Shown here in pieces: positions 9,988 to 23,655 of a stretch of 64,000 bases of DNA. The notes beneath the pieces were generated by a model. The model ran no database searches. It saw nothing but the letters and a program-made list of their open reading frames with translations, and was not told where the DNA came from. The stretch comes from Vulcanimicrobiota bacterium. Its GTDB lineage: Bacteria; Vulcanimicrobiota; Vulcanimicrobiia; Vulcanimicrobiales; Vulcanimicrobiaceae. The stretch is taken from NCBI GenBank assembly GCA_963714015.1, contig OY970223.1, positions 768,001 through 832,000 of the forward strand, read 5' to 3'. The number at the start of each line of letters is the position of its first letter. Position 1 is the first letter of the stretch. The translations under genes were made by a program, and so were the position numbers.

Positions 9988-11043
9988 GCTAGCGCCGGCG
10001 CACCGCGCGGTGCGGTCTTCTCCAAACGTTGCGCGATTGCGTTCCACAACGCGCCCGGACCGTACCGCACGACGTCGTCGGCAGGAAGCGCCGTTTCGTC
10101 GCGTGCTCGCTCGATCTCCGTCGTGCGCCCCTCGTTCCGAGAGGCCGAACGTGTTGAGCGCGATTGCGGCCACGCGCGCCGGTTTGACCGTTGCGCAGAG
10201 CGCTTCGTACGTTCGAATCAGCTCGCGATAGGACAGCGTCGGCGTACCGAACGCCTCGATGCGGGCGCGTTTCGGATCTGCGACCAGAATCAGCGCGTCG
10301 GGCGCAGCAGCCGAAAAGCAGCGCCAGCGTTACGGGCGCATACGCCGGATGGTTGATGCTGCCTTGGCCTTCGACCAAGATGCAGTCGGGGTCGCGCGCC
10401 GCCGCTTCCAGCACGAGCTGTTCGGCTGCGCCGGTCTGCAAAGTCGGAGATGACGCGATCGACCGCAATGCCCCATCCGGCGATCATGATTCCGGTTTGT
10501 CCCGTGGGAACGAACTCTGCACGCGTCCCCGCATCCGTCGCCGCGCGCGCAAGTTCGAGCATGACGGTCATTTCCCGACGGCGCAGTCGTTTCCGACGGC
10601 AAGCACAACCGGCGGTCGAACGACGTAAACGCTTCCGGAAAACAGCGGAACGTCCGGCGGTTTGCGCACGTCCCAAATCGTTGCGCCGCTGGGAACGTGC
10701 CGCATTGCGCAAACTCGGCATCATCGGCCAGCATGTCATGCAGTCCGCTCACGATCTCCAGCCCTGCGCCAATGGCGGTAAGCACTTCGGCGCGCCAGTC
10801 GGGCGGAAGTCTTCCGCCCTTCGGCGCGGTTCCGATCAGCAGCGACGTCGGTGAAAAGGCAAAGCCTTCACGCACGCTCGCGACGATCGGTGCATCGGAC
10901 TGAAGATACGGCAGCACGTCGCGGACGCGCTGTCCGGCAAGGGCCGGATCGACCACTGCAACGGTTGAGTCGCGGCTGTAACGGATGACGCCGTGCGCCG
11001 TTTTTGCATCGCCGGCGAAGCGCCCCGGCGCAAGAACCAGCAT
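9984..11043 (-). CDS. DUF1611-family protein (DgcN-like N-acetyltransferase); frameshifted
   Basis: AKTAHGVIRY, PTGQTGIMIAGWGIAVD and ILVEGQGSINHPAY motifs across frames; TGA overlaps the SBP ATG. Confidence 0.85.
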
Positions 11044-11055
11044 AGCGCCGCGATT

Positions 11056-12085
11056 CTAGGCAACGGCGAGTCTTCTCACGCACGCCCAGTCCCGGAGCAT
11101 CGGGCAAAACGATCTTTCCGCGCTCGTACGCGATGCCGGTGAACGGATCGTCGCTTGGTGAGAAACGGCCCGTCGATGTCGGCCCAATCGACCAGCGGCG
11201 AAATGTGCGCCGCCGCCGTTGCGGAGATCTGCGACTCGACCATGCAGCCGAGCATGACTTTCATTCCGAGCGCGCGCGCCGTATGGATCATCGCGATCTG
11301 CGCCGCGAATGCCGCCCGTTTTCGTGAGTTTGACGTTCACGCCGTCGACGCAGCCGATGAGTTGCGGCAGATCGTCGGCCGTATGCAGCGAATCCTCGTC
11401 GGTGACGATCGGAATCGGGGACCGTTCGCGGACGTAGCGCAACTGCTCGGGATGGCCGGCGGGGACCGGCTGTTCGCAAAATTCGACGTCGAAGCGTTCC
11501 AATTCGCGCAGAAGCCGGACGGCTTCTTCGGCTGTCCAAGCCTTCATTGGCGTCGACCCGAATCGTTCCGGAGTATTTGCGAGCGGATGAGTTCGAGCGT
11601 CTCGACGTCGCGCGCACGCCCGATCCGAGTTTGACTTTCAAAATCGGATGGTCGCCGATCTCGACGAGCTTGCGCAGCGTATCATCCGGATCGCCGATGC
11701 CGATGGTGAACGACGTAACCGGCGTGCGTGACGGGATCCAGGCCGAACAGCCGGTAGAGCGGCTGTCCGCAGTCTTTGCCGATCGAGATCGTGAAGCGCG
11801 AAATCCAGGCCGCAGCGCGCGGCCGGCGGAATCTGCGGCGAGAGCAAAACGTCGAGCAGATAGGGATCGTCGCCCTGCGGCGGATGGGCGCGGAAATACG
11901 CAGGACGCTCTCGACGGACTCGCCATAGCGCTCGATGGGCGCCGATTCGCCCAGGCCTTCCAGGCCGCCCCAGTTGCGCGAAAAATAGCGGTGTGCGCGC
12001 ACGATCTTCGCTCCGAACGGGCGATCGTGAACGGATGGACGAGCGGAAGTTCCAGCGCGGTCACCGAAAGCGCAAGCAAAGCCAT
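11056..12085 (-). CDS. Enolase-superfamily dipeptide epimerase (L-Ala-D/L-Glu epimerase / DgcA-like); frameshifted
   Basis: [43 protein letters not shown] and DIDGP motifs across frames. Confidence 0.88.
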
Positions 12086-12379
12086 GAGCCGGGCGTTCGG
12101 CGTTCGGCCGCCCGGCTCCGGCGAAGAGTGTCAGAGCGACGGCGCTACGCCGCTCTGCTTGCGAGGTTACCGTTTGTCGTCTTGCTGAGTAGAGGCTGAT
12201 CTTCGAGGCGGTCCTCGTCATCGGTCAAGCGCAGATTCGGCGGTGCCGCGTTCATCGCGCGGCTCCCCGTCGGCGGTGTCCGCCAAGCGTGCGGCTGCCG
12301 TAATCGCTGGGGTGGCCGATCAGTTCGCGCTTATTCTTTTCGTCCATCTGCCTGCAGCGCGCAGAGTACCCATCCGCTG

Positions 12380-12830
12380 CTAGCGCGAAACGGGCGTGGC
12401 GACGCGATACGGCGTGCCGCGATGATCGTATCGGACGGCTTCTCCCAGCGTGCGCGCGGCTTCGCGTTCGGAGCCGCGGATGACGCGGCGTTCTTCGAGA
12501 GTGTCGTACCGGCGCGCGCGCGTTGTTCAATGCATCTTCCCGGCCGGGCGATTCCACCGCATGATCCAGTTCGTGCGCCAAGACCGAGCGCCGGCGATTG
12601 CGTTCCGCCTCGCGTCGTGCGCAAAGCACTTCCGGATCCCATGCAATCGTATCGGTATTCGGATCGAAACGATCGTCGCTACGATGATTGATCGTGAGAT
12701 GAATCACCCGGCGCGAATGTTCGGCGCGGGCAAAGATGCGGCGCTCGCCCGGATCGCGGCAAAGGTACGATTTTGCAAGGCAGTAGTCTGCGCGAGCGGC
12801 GGCCGGGATCGAAATCGCCATGCGGCTCAT
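12380..12830 (-). CDS. Small HExxH zinc metallopeptidase-like protein (M91/NleD-like); frameshifted
   Basis: Reconstructed across frames: TIAWDP..SALRTTRGGTQSPALGLAHELDHAVE...YDTLEERRVIRGSE..AARTLGE..RYDHRG. Confidence 0.55.
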
Positions 12831-12847
12831 TCACGAAAAATCCGGCG

Positions 12848-12876
12848 CTGTCAAGTCTTGACCGCGGTGGTAAGGT
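12848..12876 (+). promoter_or_regulatory. Putative sigma70 promoter of the 6S RNA
   Basis: CTGTCA-17 nt-TAAGGT with an extended -10 TG, about 5 nt upstream of the 6S stem. Confidence 0.5.
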
Positions 12877-12881
12877 TGGAA

Positions 12882-13067
12882 CGTCGACTGCGCATGGCGC
12901 GCAGCGCACCATAGGTGCTGGACCAACGAGAGAACCTAGGGAGCATCAGCTCCGGTAACGACAGTGCGGCTTGGCCTTCGCGGTTGCCGCTCTGGCGCCC
13001 GGGCCGCACCCACCTGCGAGAACGCAGGTTCAATACCTCGTGCGAAAGACGCTACGTGCGGTCGACG
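12882..13067 (+). ncRNA. ssrS: 6S RNA
   Basis: ~186 nt. 5' cgtcgactgcgcatggcg pairs with 3' cgctacgtgcggtcgacg. Contains gggagc and the Firmicutes-type 3' signature CACCCACCTG-cgagaac-GCAGGTTCAA. Confidence 0.8.
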
Positions 13068-13771
13068 GCTTGCGAAAAGCGCGCCTCGCCACCGGCGAAG
13101 GGCGCTTTTCGCTTGCTCGGCGGTCTCGGCCCGTCCGTCCTGATCGATCGCCAGGTATCCTCGAAAGGCTCGTGTCAGCGCGGCTGACGATTCGACGGGC
13201 GTCTGCGAGTCGTGCCAGACCAGAACCATCTTTGCCAGCAGCGGCTCGGGTTCGAGCGCATCGTTCAGGCGCGCGAATTGGGGCGCGTACCGCAGCCACG
13301 CGGAGTCCGCTTCCTTCGAGACGCGTTTCATGTCGTGCGACCGATGCCGCAAAAGTCTCCGGCGCGTTTCGAACTGCGATGCGTGACGTTGTGCTTTTTT
13401 GCCAGCGATGTAGCCGCTCCGAGTTTTCCGAGCATCTCGGCTCCACGGCGCAGCCGTCTCGCAGCGAAAGCGGAGCGCTGACCAAAGGAGCGCCTATCGC
13501 CAGGGCCAGCGCAAGCGTCTGGTCGCATGCGCGCCGGCTCGCCTTCGAAAAACCCGCATCCGCAAATCGCCGCGACGTCGAGCCCCGAATCGACGGCCAT
13601 CTTCTTTACCTGGGCGAGGTAGTCCGTATCGGTGCGCGGAAAATGCCGCACGTCAAAAACGACGCCGTCGACGGCCAACTCGTACGCGCAGAGATCGATC
13701 CATTCCAATTGCGTCAGCTCGCCGCTGCGCAAAAATACGTCGAATGCCGTACTCGAGCACGCCAGTTTCAT
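13052..13771 (-). CDS. Sugar phosphate isomerase/epimerase-like TIM-barrel protein; frameshifted, 3' end approximate
   Basis: MKLACSS...LTQLEWIDLCAYELAVDGV...YLAQVKKMAVDSGL; FRGYLAID near the C-terminus. Confidence 0.6.
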
Positions 13772-13836
13772 CGGCGCGACCGTTTCGACCGCTTAATGGA
13801 AGGCCCTGCGCTTGTCTTGTGGGGCACGACACTAGA

Positions 13837-14364
13837 ATGAACATCGCACTCGGAGCCGATCACGCCGGCTATCAAGTAAAAGAACGCATCGCCGGCGCGC
13901 TGCGCAGCGGCGGTCACGACATTGCAGATTATGGAACGTGCGATGAGACGCCGGTCGACTATCCGCAGTTCGGTTACGCCGTGGGAGAGGCCGTCGCGTC
14001 GGGGCAATGCCGAGCGCGGCATCTTGGTGTGCGGATCGAGTCTGGGTATCTCGATGGCAGCAAACAAAGTTCCCGGCGTGCGCTGCGCGGCCGTCTTCGA
14101 ACCGCTGATCCCGAGCTGTCGCGCCGGCACAACGATGCAAACGTGCTCGCGCTCTCCGAACGCTTGACGGGCTGGGAAATGCTCGAGCGCATCGTGCAGG
14201 TTTTTCTAACGACTCCGTTCGACGGCGGACGGCATGCGTGGCGTGTGGAGCAACTTTTCGAATACGGCGACGCTCAACGCGAGCGCACGCTCAAAGCGCT
14301 CGAACGCGGTTCCGTTACGGACGCGCAGACCCCAGCCGAATTTCTCAAAGCCGGAGCATCGTAA
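13837..14364 (+). CDS. rpiB: Ribose-5-phosphate isomerase B; compensating indels
   Basis: [50 protein letters not shown]. Confidence 0.92.
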   Translation: MNIALGADHAGYQVKERIAGALRSGGHDIADYGTCDETPVDYPQFGYAVGEAVASGQCRARHLGVRIESGYLDGSKQSSRRALRGRLRTADPELSRRHNDANVLALSERLTGWEMLERIVQVFLTTPFDGGRHAWRVEQLFEYGDAQRERTLKALERGSVTDAQTPAEFLKAGAS

Positions 14365-14365
14365 A

Positions 14366-15615
<1,250 letters not shown>

Positions 15616-18109
15616 TTATTTCAAGGCCGCGTTCGCCGCGTGGACGAGGTCCGTGAGATGGGCAGCCGTGACTTGGTCGTGATGCCGGCGCATCGCTCGG
15701 GCGGCGTCGCTCGCGATGCGCTGGAGTTCGGCGCGGGCTAGCGAAACGGCGTCGCCGGGCGTTCCCTTTGCCGGTTTGTTCGCAAGATCGCCGAGTTTCT
15801 GCACGACGCCGAGTCTGCAGGTTGCGGCGGACCAGCGGAATCGTGCCGTTGCCGAGATCTTCGTAAATCGCCGAGTGCAGCCAGTTGAACAGATCCTGCA
15901 TCGACATCGTGGGCGCCGTCGCCAACGACCGGGTTTTCATCGATACGCGCGAGCACCAGCGGCATGAACAGGTAGTCCACGGTCCGCAGCTGTTCGCCGA
16001 TTGATGCGCTCGATAAGCGGAAAGTCGTGGCGTGCCGGCGGATCGTACGCCCATTTGGGCAGATTGCCGTAGCCTTCCCAGCCGGTGTATCCGTAAGCCG
16101 GCCCATTCCGAGTAGGACAAGTGCTGCAGAATCCGCGGCGGCACGGGGAACGCGTTCGCGCTGAACAGGTACTGGTTCAGAATCGCGAATGCGCGCCGTT
16201 CCTCCGCGAGCGGCACGGGAACGACCGGCGGCTGCGGCGCCGGGGTCACCGCGATGCGCGCGTGAGAGGTACTGGCCGCCGAAATAATGCGCCGGCACGG
16301 TCGCGCAATTCATGTAACCATAAGAACAGGTTGCTGAAGGCGTTCGTCTCTTGCTCGTAACTGTTTCCCGGTTCGCGGCCAGAGATCGTTCAGGAATCCA
16401 ACCTCCGCGCGGTCCATCTTCATCTGCATCTCGACACCAGCCCAGCGGATCGTTCGTAAGCATTCCAGTCTCCACGCGAGGATCGGCGGAATGGCCGTTC
16501 TCCAGTTCTCGCCGTCTTCGTCCGAAGCGTAGCGCGTCCAAGGGTTAGACCACGCCGCAGCCCAGCGCCGCAGCGTCGGCAAGCTCTTCTTCGGGCGTCT
16601 TTGCATCGGGAATGTACGCGTAGCCGTAATTGAATCGCGTAGTAGTCGTACGGGCCGATCGTCGTTTGGAAATATTCGCCGTTCGGCGTTCCGCGCGGCC
16701 ACAAGTTCAGCGGCGCGTACTCCATGACGGATGACGTGACGCCGTGTTCGCGCGTGAACGACTCGCTTTGCAATTGCGGCCGCCGTGTAGGCTTCGTGCC
16801 CGATGAAGTTGTGCTGCAACCCTTGATTGTGGCCCATCTCGTGAACGAGCGCGGCGAAGATCGAATCGTGAACGAATTTGGCCGGTACCGGGATCCGTGT
16901 TATGGCCGTAGCGCGCCGGATCGACGACGTATTTCCAGGACGTAGTACGGCTCGATGCCTTCGACCGCCGAAACGATCACGCCGGTGCGGATCTCTTCAC
17001 CGGTGCGCGGATCGAAAAGCGTTTGCGAGTCGGCGCCGAAGGCCGGGGTCGCTTCATTCAGCCAGCGAATGACGTTGTAGCGGTAATCGTCCGGGTCGAA
17101 GTTCGGATCCTGCGGCTGCGGCTGCACTTTGATCGCATCGAGAATGCCGATCTTCGCATACGCTTTGTTCCATTCCAAACATGCGTCGGTTATGGCTTGA
17201 CGGTACTGCGGCGGAATCGTGTCGCTCAGCGTAATGACCATGGGATGTCGAGCGCGCGACGGATGCCCGGGATCGGCCGGATCGAAGTTCCAGCGCACGA
17301 TGTAGCGCATTAGACGCGTATCGCGCCGGTCGTTCGAGAAATCCACATAGATGTCGTCGTAGATGCCTACGCGATCGTCCGCCAGGCGCGGGCGGTAATC
17401 GTCGCTGGGCAACTGCACGAAGTTGTAGACGACCTTGATGCGAAGATGACGCGCGTCGGGAGCGGTATCGATGACGTGTTTGGCGTCGGTCGACCATGTC
17501 TGCGCCATGGTGATGACGTCGTTGATCGGGAAAGCTTTTACCTGGTCGACGTACGAGAGATCCGAATCCAAATGGTATTGCAGAATCCGCGGGAAGGCCT
17601 TCGTCGACGATGTTTTTCAGATCCAGCTGGTCGCTCATCAGCGCGGACGTGATGTCGAAGACGATGTTGCCGCTCGTCGCGTCCTGCGCGGCGATATCGC
17701 CGATGCCTTCGACGGAATCGGGGAAATTGCCGACGTTGGCCAGTTCGTTCGACGGACTGCCGGGCGCCTGCGCATACCAGTTGGGCCAAAGAATCGACGA
17801 CTTGATCGCCGCGCCGCTCGAAGCGCACCAGTTCGGTCGGAAGATAATCCGTATCGCCCCACCATACCGGCCCTTGCCCAGGCCGTTGCCCGGAACGATC
17901 GTCTCCATGTAATCCTTGTCGAGCTGGTTCGGCGCAAGTTCCAAATACGTTTTGCCGTCTTTCTGCCAGATCGTGAACAGCCCGTGCTTGGCTTGCGCGC
18001 CCGCGGTGAACGTTGCGTACGCTTCGGGTCCGGCTGCGCGCGCCGCGGCAGGAGCGAAGATGGTGATGCCGCAGCCGCAAACCGCGGCCGCGATGATACG
18101 GATTTTCAT
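15616..18109 (-). CDS. Secreted zinc-dependent metalloprotease (metzincin, DUF5117/DUF4953 EcxA-like); many indels
   Basis: Signal peptide; PRLADDRVG, DPRTGEEI, HEMGHNQGLQHNF, SSVMEY (Met-turn), IGPYDYYAI. Confidence 0.85.
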
Positions 18110-18157
18110 GCAACAGGCTTCGGTTGGAGCGAGCCCAAACTCTCTTGGCCAAACGCC

Positions 18158-18837
<680 letters not shown>

Positions 18838-18864
18838 GCGGGGGGCATAGCGAAGGCCTTTCCC

Positions 18865-19300
18865 ATGCGGCCCGGATGGGATGAATACTTTATGCAGATC
18901 GCTCGCACCGTCGCAACGCGCGCCACGTGCCCGCGCGCTTCGGTCGGCTGCGTGCTCGTTCGCGAGCATCGAATACTGACGACGGGATATAACGGCTCGC
19001 CGCGCGGCGCCGCACATTGCACCGAGGTCGGATGCACGCTCGAGCAACGGCCATTGCGTTCGCGCCACTCATGCCGAAGCCAATGCCGTCGTCCAAGGGG
19101 CGCTTCACGGCGTCAATCTCTCGGATTCGATCGCATACTGCACGCACCAACCGTGCGTGCATTGCTCGAAGCTGCTCATCAGCGCGGGCGTGCGCAAAAT
19201 CGTCTACGACGTTGCCTATCCGGATCCCGTCGCGCAGGAGCTGCTCGCCGAGGCCGGCGTCGCGCAAGTGCAGTTTTCGGGGATGGAAGTCCGAGTCTGA
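18865..19300 (+). CDS. dCMP deaminase (ComEB-like); frameshifted
   Basis: [33 protein letters not shown]. Confidence 0.9.
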
Positions 19301-20359
19301 TGACTCCGTCGCTGTATCTTGTATCTGGCGGCGTTTGTCATCGCGGGCGTCGCCTCGTGTCTGCTCACGCCGTTCGTCGCCAAACTGGCCCATCACGTGG
19401 GCATGATCGACGAAGTCGGCGAGCGCCGAATGCACGACGTTCCCAAACCTCGCATCGGCGGCATAGCCGTATTCTTCGGCTTCGCGTTTGCGCTTTTCGC
19501 GGTACTAGGGGTCGCACTCAGCCACGTGCACGGCTTTTTCCCGGTCGACCAGCACGAGAGCCGCATGCAGCAACTGCGGGATCAGCTCGAAGGCGCCCAT
19601 AACCTCGTGGGTCTGCTCTTCGGCGGAATGCTGATTTTGGGCGTAGGCTTGTGGGACGACATCATGGGGATGCGGCCGCGCTACAAGTTTACGGCGCAGA
19701 TCGTCGTAGCCGGAATCTCGATCGTCTACGGGTTCGTGATCACGGATTTTCTCAATCCCGTCACGCATCAGTACGTCGACTTTCCGCTCTGGCTGAGCAT
19801 TCCGCTAACGCTGCTGTGGTATCTCGGAATGATGAATGCGATCAACTTCATCGACGGGCTCGACGGATTGCTCTCCGGATTCACCGCCATCTCATGCATC
19901 TTTCTCTTCGCCATCGCGATGACGAAAGGAAATCCGGTCGTCGCGCTCATCGTGATTACGCTCGCGGGCGCGGCACTTGGATTTTTGCCGTATAACTTCA
20001 ATCCGGCGCGGATCATTCTGGGCGACACCGGCTCTTTGTTCATCGGCTATGCGTTCGCAACCGTTGCGATCATCGGCACTTCCAAGACGGCAATCGCGGT
20101 CGGTTTGGTCGCGCCCCTCGTCGTGCTGGCGCTGCCTATTGTCGACACCGCGGCCGCGATCTACCGCCGCGCCCGATCGGGCCGCAAGATCACCGAAGCG
20201 GATCGCGGGCATTTCCACCACCAGCTGATCTTCCGCTACGGCCTGAACGTTCGCCAAGCGGTGCTGTTGATTTATGCGATCTGCATCGTGCTCGGTGCGG
20301 TCGCGCTGCTGCTGGCAGGCGGCTTTCACGGATTTCTCCGCACGGCGGCGATCGGATGA
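19300..20359 (+). CDS. Undecaprenyl-phosphate GlcNAc-1-phosphate transferase (TagO/WecA, MraY-like family)
   Basis: [43 protein letters not shown]; polytopic membrane protein. Confidence 0.92.
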
Positions 20360-21514
20360 GCCGGCCGCTGCGCGTAATGTCCGTGTTCGGAACGCGGCCG
20401 GACACAATCAAGATGGCGCCCGTCGTGCAGGCGCTGCAGAACCACGCGCAGATCGAATGCATCGTTTGCGTGACCGCGCAGCACCGGCAGATGCTCGACG
20501 ACCTGCTCGATCTCTTCGAGATTCGTCCGCACTTCGATCTCGACATCATGACGCCGGATCAGACGCTGACCGACATCACCACGCGCGTGCTGATCGGTAT
20601 GGAAGGCGTGCTCAAATCCGCGCTGCCCGACGTCGTCCTCGTGCACGGCGACACGACGACGAGCACGGCGGCGGCACTTGCCGCGTTCTATCAGCAGATT
20701 CCCGTCGGTCACGTCGAGGCGGGGCTGCGCACCAGCGATCCGTGGGTGCCGTTTCCCGAAGAGATGAACCGCCGTTTGACCGGAACGATCGCTTCCTACC
20801 ATTTTTCGCCGACGGAACTCGCTCGCGAGCATTTGTTGCGCGAAAACGTTCCGGCCGAATCGGTGATCGTGACCGGCAATACCGTAATCGACGCTTTTTT
20901 GGCAACGGCAAAGCGGCGCGACCTGGGCAAACCGCCCGGCTGGGAGCGTCTGGATACGGGACGCCCGATCATCCTTGTGACGGCGCACCGGCGCGAGAAT
21001 CACGCGCATATGCGCGAAATGTGCGAAGCGATGCGCGACATCGTGCACTTGCCCGCAGCTCCGCAGATTCTCTGGCCGGTGCACCCTTCACCGCGCGTGC
21101 GTCCCGTCGCGTATGCCGTTTTGGGCACGGAACCGGCCGTTATGCTGGACGATCCGCTGGACTACGCGCAGATGGTCGCGGCAGTGCGAGAGTGCACGTT
21201 CGTGCTCACCGACAGCGGCGGCATACAAGAAGAAGCACCCGTGCCTAGGCAAGCCCGTGCTCGTCATGCGCGAGGAGACCGAGCGGCCCGAAGGCGTGGA
21301 GGCCGGCACGCTGGAGCTTGTCGGACACGAGCGTGCGCGGATCGTTTCCGCTGCTGCTCAGCTGCTCTCGAACCAAAGCAAATACGAGCGAATGTCGCGC
21401 GCGGTAAATCCATACGGCGACGGTCAAGCCTCCGAGCGCATAGCGGAGTGGCTGCTGGCGCGGCTGCGAGCCGGTACCTATCCTCAGCCGTTCCGAACCG
21501 AACTTGCCGGATGA
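20356..21514 (+). CDS. wecB: UDP-N-acetylglucosamine 2-epimerase (non-hydrolysing); indel near 21240
   Basis: FGTRPDTIKMAP, HGDTT, HVEAGLR, PEEMNR, HRREN, DSGGIQEE, NPYGDG. Confidence 0.95.
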
Positions 21515-21711
21515 AGCCCAGCGGCGCCTGGTCGATGGCCGCGGCCGGCGCTACGTTTGCGGGCAGCGTGATCGTCGGGCTTGCTCTGAGCTTATGGCTG
21601 GGCGGCCGCGAACATCAGCAGTACATACTCGCCGGGCTCTTCGCGGGAATTGCGGTCGGCGGTTACTCCGCGTATCGTTTGGTCGCGTCCGCGCTCACCA
21701 ACACCCGCTAG
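21511..21711 (+). CDS. AtpZ/AtpR-like small membrane protein
   Basis: Two TM helices; first gene of the atp cluster; ATGA overlap with wecB. Confidence 0.6.
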   Translation: MKPSGAWSMAAAGATFAGSVIVGLALSLWLGGREHQQYILAGLFAGIAVGGYSAYRLVASALTNTR

Positions 21712-21720
21712 CCGACTGCC

Positions 21721-22152
21721 GTGGCCGACGAGGAGGAAAGCCTCTCTACCCGCCGTAGTTACAGCCCCGCCGAAGCAGCGGCCGACCTCGCTTTCTATAA
21801 TAAACTGAAGAAAAGGGCGAGTCTCGGCACCCTCGCCGTCTTGACTCTTCCGGTTCTGCTCCTTGCGGTTGGGAGCCCGTGGCTTGGTCTGAGCCTGGCT
21901 TGCGGCGGAATCGCCGGCCTACTCAACGCGCTGCTCTCGATGCACGGGAACGAACGCCTTTTGGAGCGCCGCAGCGTTGCAGCGTTCGTCTTAAGTAGTT
22001 TCGTGCGAATCGGCCTCTTCGGTATAGTGCCCGTGGTGCTGACGGTCGAAAAACCGTCACTTTGGACGCTAGGTTGCTACTTCGTCGGGTTTTTTACACC
22101 ACTCGCAGTCTCGGGAATACTGGTTCATCGGCGCGACCGCCGAGGCGGCTAA
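21721..22152 (+). CDS. atpI: ATP synthase protein I
   Basis: Four hydrophobic helices immediately upstream of atpB. Confidence 0.65.
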   Translation: MADEEESLSTRRSYSPAEAAADLAFYNKLKKRASLGTLAVLTLPVLLLAVGSPWLGLSLACGGIAGLLNALLSMHGNERLLERRSVAAFVLSSFVRIGLFGIVPVVLTVEKPSLWTLGCYFVGFFTPLAVSGILVHRRDRRGG

Positions 22153-22165
22153 ATGGGGCATTTGA

Positions 22166-22897
22166 GTGCACGAGAAAATAGGCGAACACTACACGTGGCA
22201 GTGGCCCGTGCTGGGCACGGTGCACTCCGACACGATCGTGACGACGTGGATCGTCATGCTCATTTCGCTTGTTTTCTTCGCTTGGATTGGCGCGAGCTAT
22301 CGTAGCGCGCGGGTCAGCAAGCGCCAGACCGTCGTCGAAGGCGTCATCAACTATATCGCCGACTTGGCCGCAGGCGTCCTGGGCGAGCAAGGCGAGCCCT
22401 TCGTGCCTTTTTTCATCGCGCTCTTTCTTTTCATTTTCCTGTTGAACCAATTCGGATTCTTGCCGCTCAAAGCGTTCGGACTCCCGTTCGGAGGCTCGCC
22501 TACGGCGGATCTGAACACGACGCTCGCGTACGCGCTCATGGTTTTCGTCCTCATTCAGGCTGTGGGCATCCGCAAGTACGGCATCGGTTTTTACAAGCAC
22601 CTCGCGAAGCCGTTTTGGGTTCTGACGCCGATCAATCTGCTCGAAGAGCTGGCGCGTCCTGCAACGCTGGCAGCCCGGCTTTTCTTCAACATTTTCGTCG
22701 GTGAGCTGCTGTTCATCATCATTGCGTCAATCATCACTGCGAAGGTCATGATCGGTCCGGTCAACCTCTCGCTCGCAGTGACGATCGTGCCGTTTTTCAT
22801 TCAATTTTTCAACTTTTTCGTCGGCACGATTCAAGCGTTTTTGTTCACCCTGCTCGCAATCGTCTATCTCTCGTTAGCGGTTGCGGAAGAACACTGA
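22166..22897 (+). CDS. atpB: F0 ATP synthase subunit a
   Basis: SPTADLNTTL, LAARLFFNI, IQAFLFTLL. Confidence 0.95.
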   Translation: MHEKIGEHYTWQWPVLGTVHSDTIVTTWIVMLISLVFFAWIGASYRSARVSKRQTVVEGVINYIADLAAGVLGEQGEPFVPFFIALFLFIFLLNQFGFLPLKAFGLPFGGSPTADLNTTLAYALMVFVLIQAVGIRKYGIGFYKHLAKPFWVLTPINLLEELARPATLAARLFFNIFVGELLFIIIASIITAKVMIGPVNLSLAVTIVPFFIQFFNFFVGTIQAFLFTLLAIVYLSLAVAEEH

Positions 22898-22918
22898 TAG
22901 TACGGAAAGGGTACGAAG

Positions 22919-23209
22919 TTGAGTTCTGAAGCGTTAATTGCAGCCTTCACCTTGCTGGCGTTCGGCATCATCATTTCGGGCGTCGCAATGGGGTCGGCGA
23001 TCGGCGACGGCAACGTTGCGTCCAAAGCGGTGGAGTCCATCGCCCGTCAGCCGGAGGCTCGCCCGAATATCCTGACCTTCATGTTCCTCGGCGTGGGCGT
23101 GCTCGAAGCGTTCCCGATTATTGCGCTGGGGCTCGCGTTCTACGTCCTTTTGGTCGTGGCGCAGGTTCCAACGCTCATTACGCACGTCTTGGCCGGCGGC
23201 GCGCACTAA
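22919..23209 (+). CDS. atpE: F0 ATP synthase subunit c
   Basis: ARQPE loop; LEAFPII carrying the ion-binding Glu. Confidence 0.95.
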   Translation: MSSEALIAAFTLLAFGIIISGVAMGSAIGDGNVASKAVESIARQPEARPNILTFMFLGVGVLEAFPIIALGLAFYVLLVVAQVPTLITHVLAGGAH

Positions 23210-23223
23210 GAGCACGAGCGCGC

Positions 23224-23655
23224 ATGTTTCTTCAGCCGGACGGGACGTTTTTCGTACAACTGATCAACTTCGCGATCTTCTTCGCGTTGTTGAACGTCGT
23301 GTTCATTCGTCCCGTCGGCCGAGCGATTCGGCAGCGGCGTGATTACATCAACAGCGTCACGAACGACTACGACCGCTATCAGGCCGAAGCGGCTTCGTGC
23401 CGCAGCGAAGCCGAGGCGATTCGCGCCGCAGCGCGTCGCGAGGCCGGGGAGATGCTCTCGAAGATCCGCGCACAGGTTTCCAACGAGTCTGCGGAAATGG
23501 CCGCCGGTTTCAACCGGCAGGCTTCGGAGATCGCGGACGATGCGCACCGCGCGGTAGCCGTCGAGCTCGAGAATGCGCGTACGCGACTTTCTTCGGATGC
23601 GGCCGAGCTTGCCGGAATGATCGTTGCGCGAACCGTCACGGAGCTCGCCCGGTGA
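23224..23655 (+). CDS. F0 ATP synthase subunit b'
   Basis: DGTFFVQLINFAIFFALLN..F.RP followed by a coiled coil. Confidence 0.85.
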   Translation: MFLQPDGTFFVQLINFAIFFALLNVVFIRPVGRAIRQRRDYINSVTNDYDRYQAEAASCRSEAEAIRAAARREAGEMLSKIRAQVSNESAEMAAGFNRQASEIADDAHRAVAVELENARTRLSSDAAELAGMIVARTVTELAR

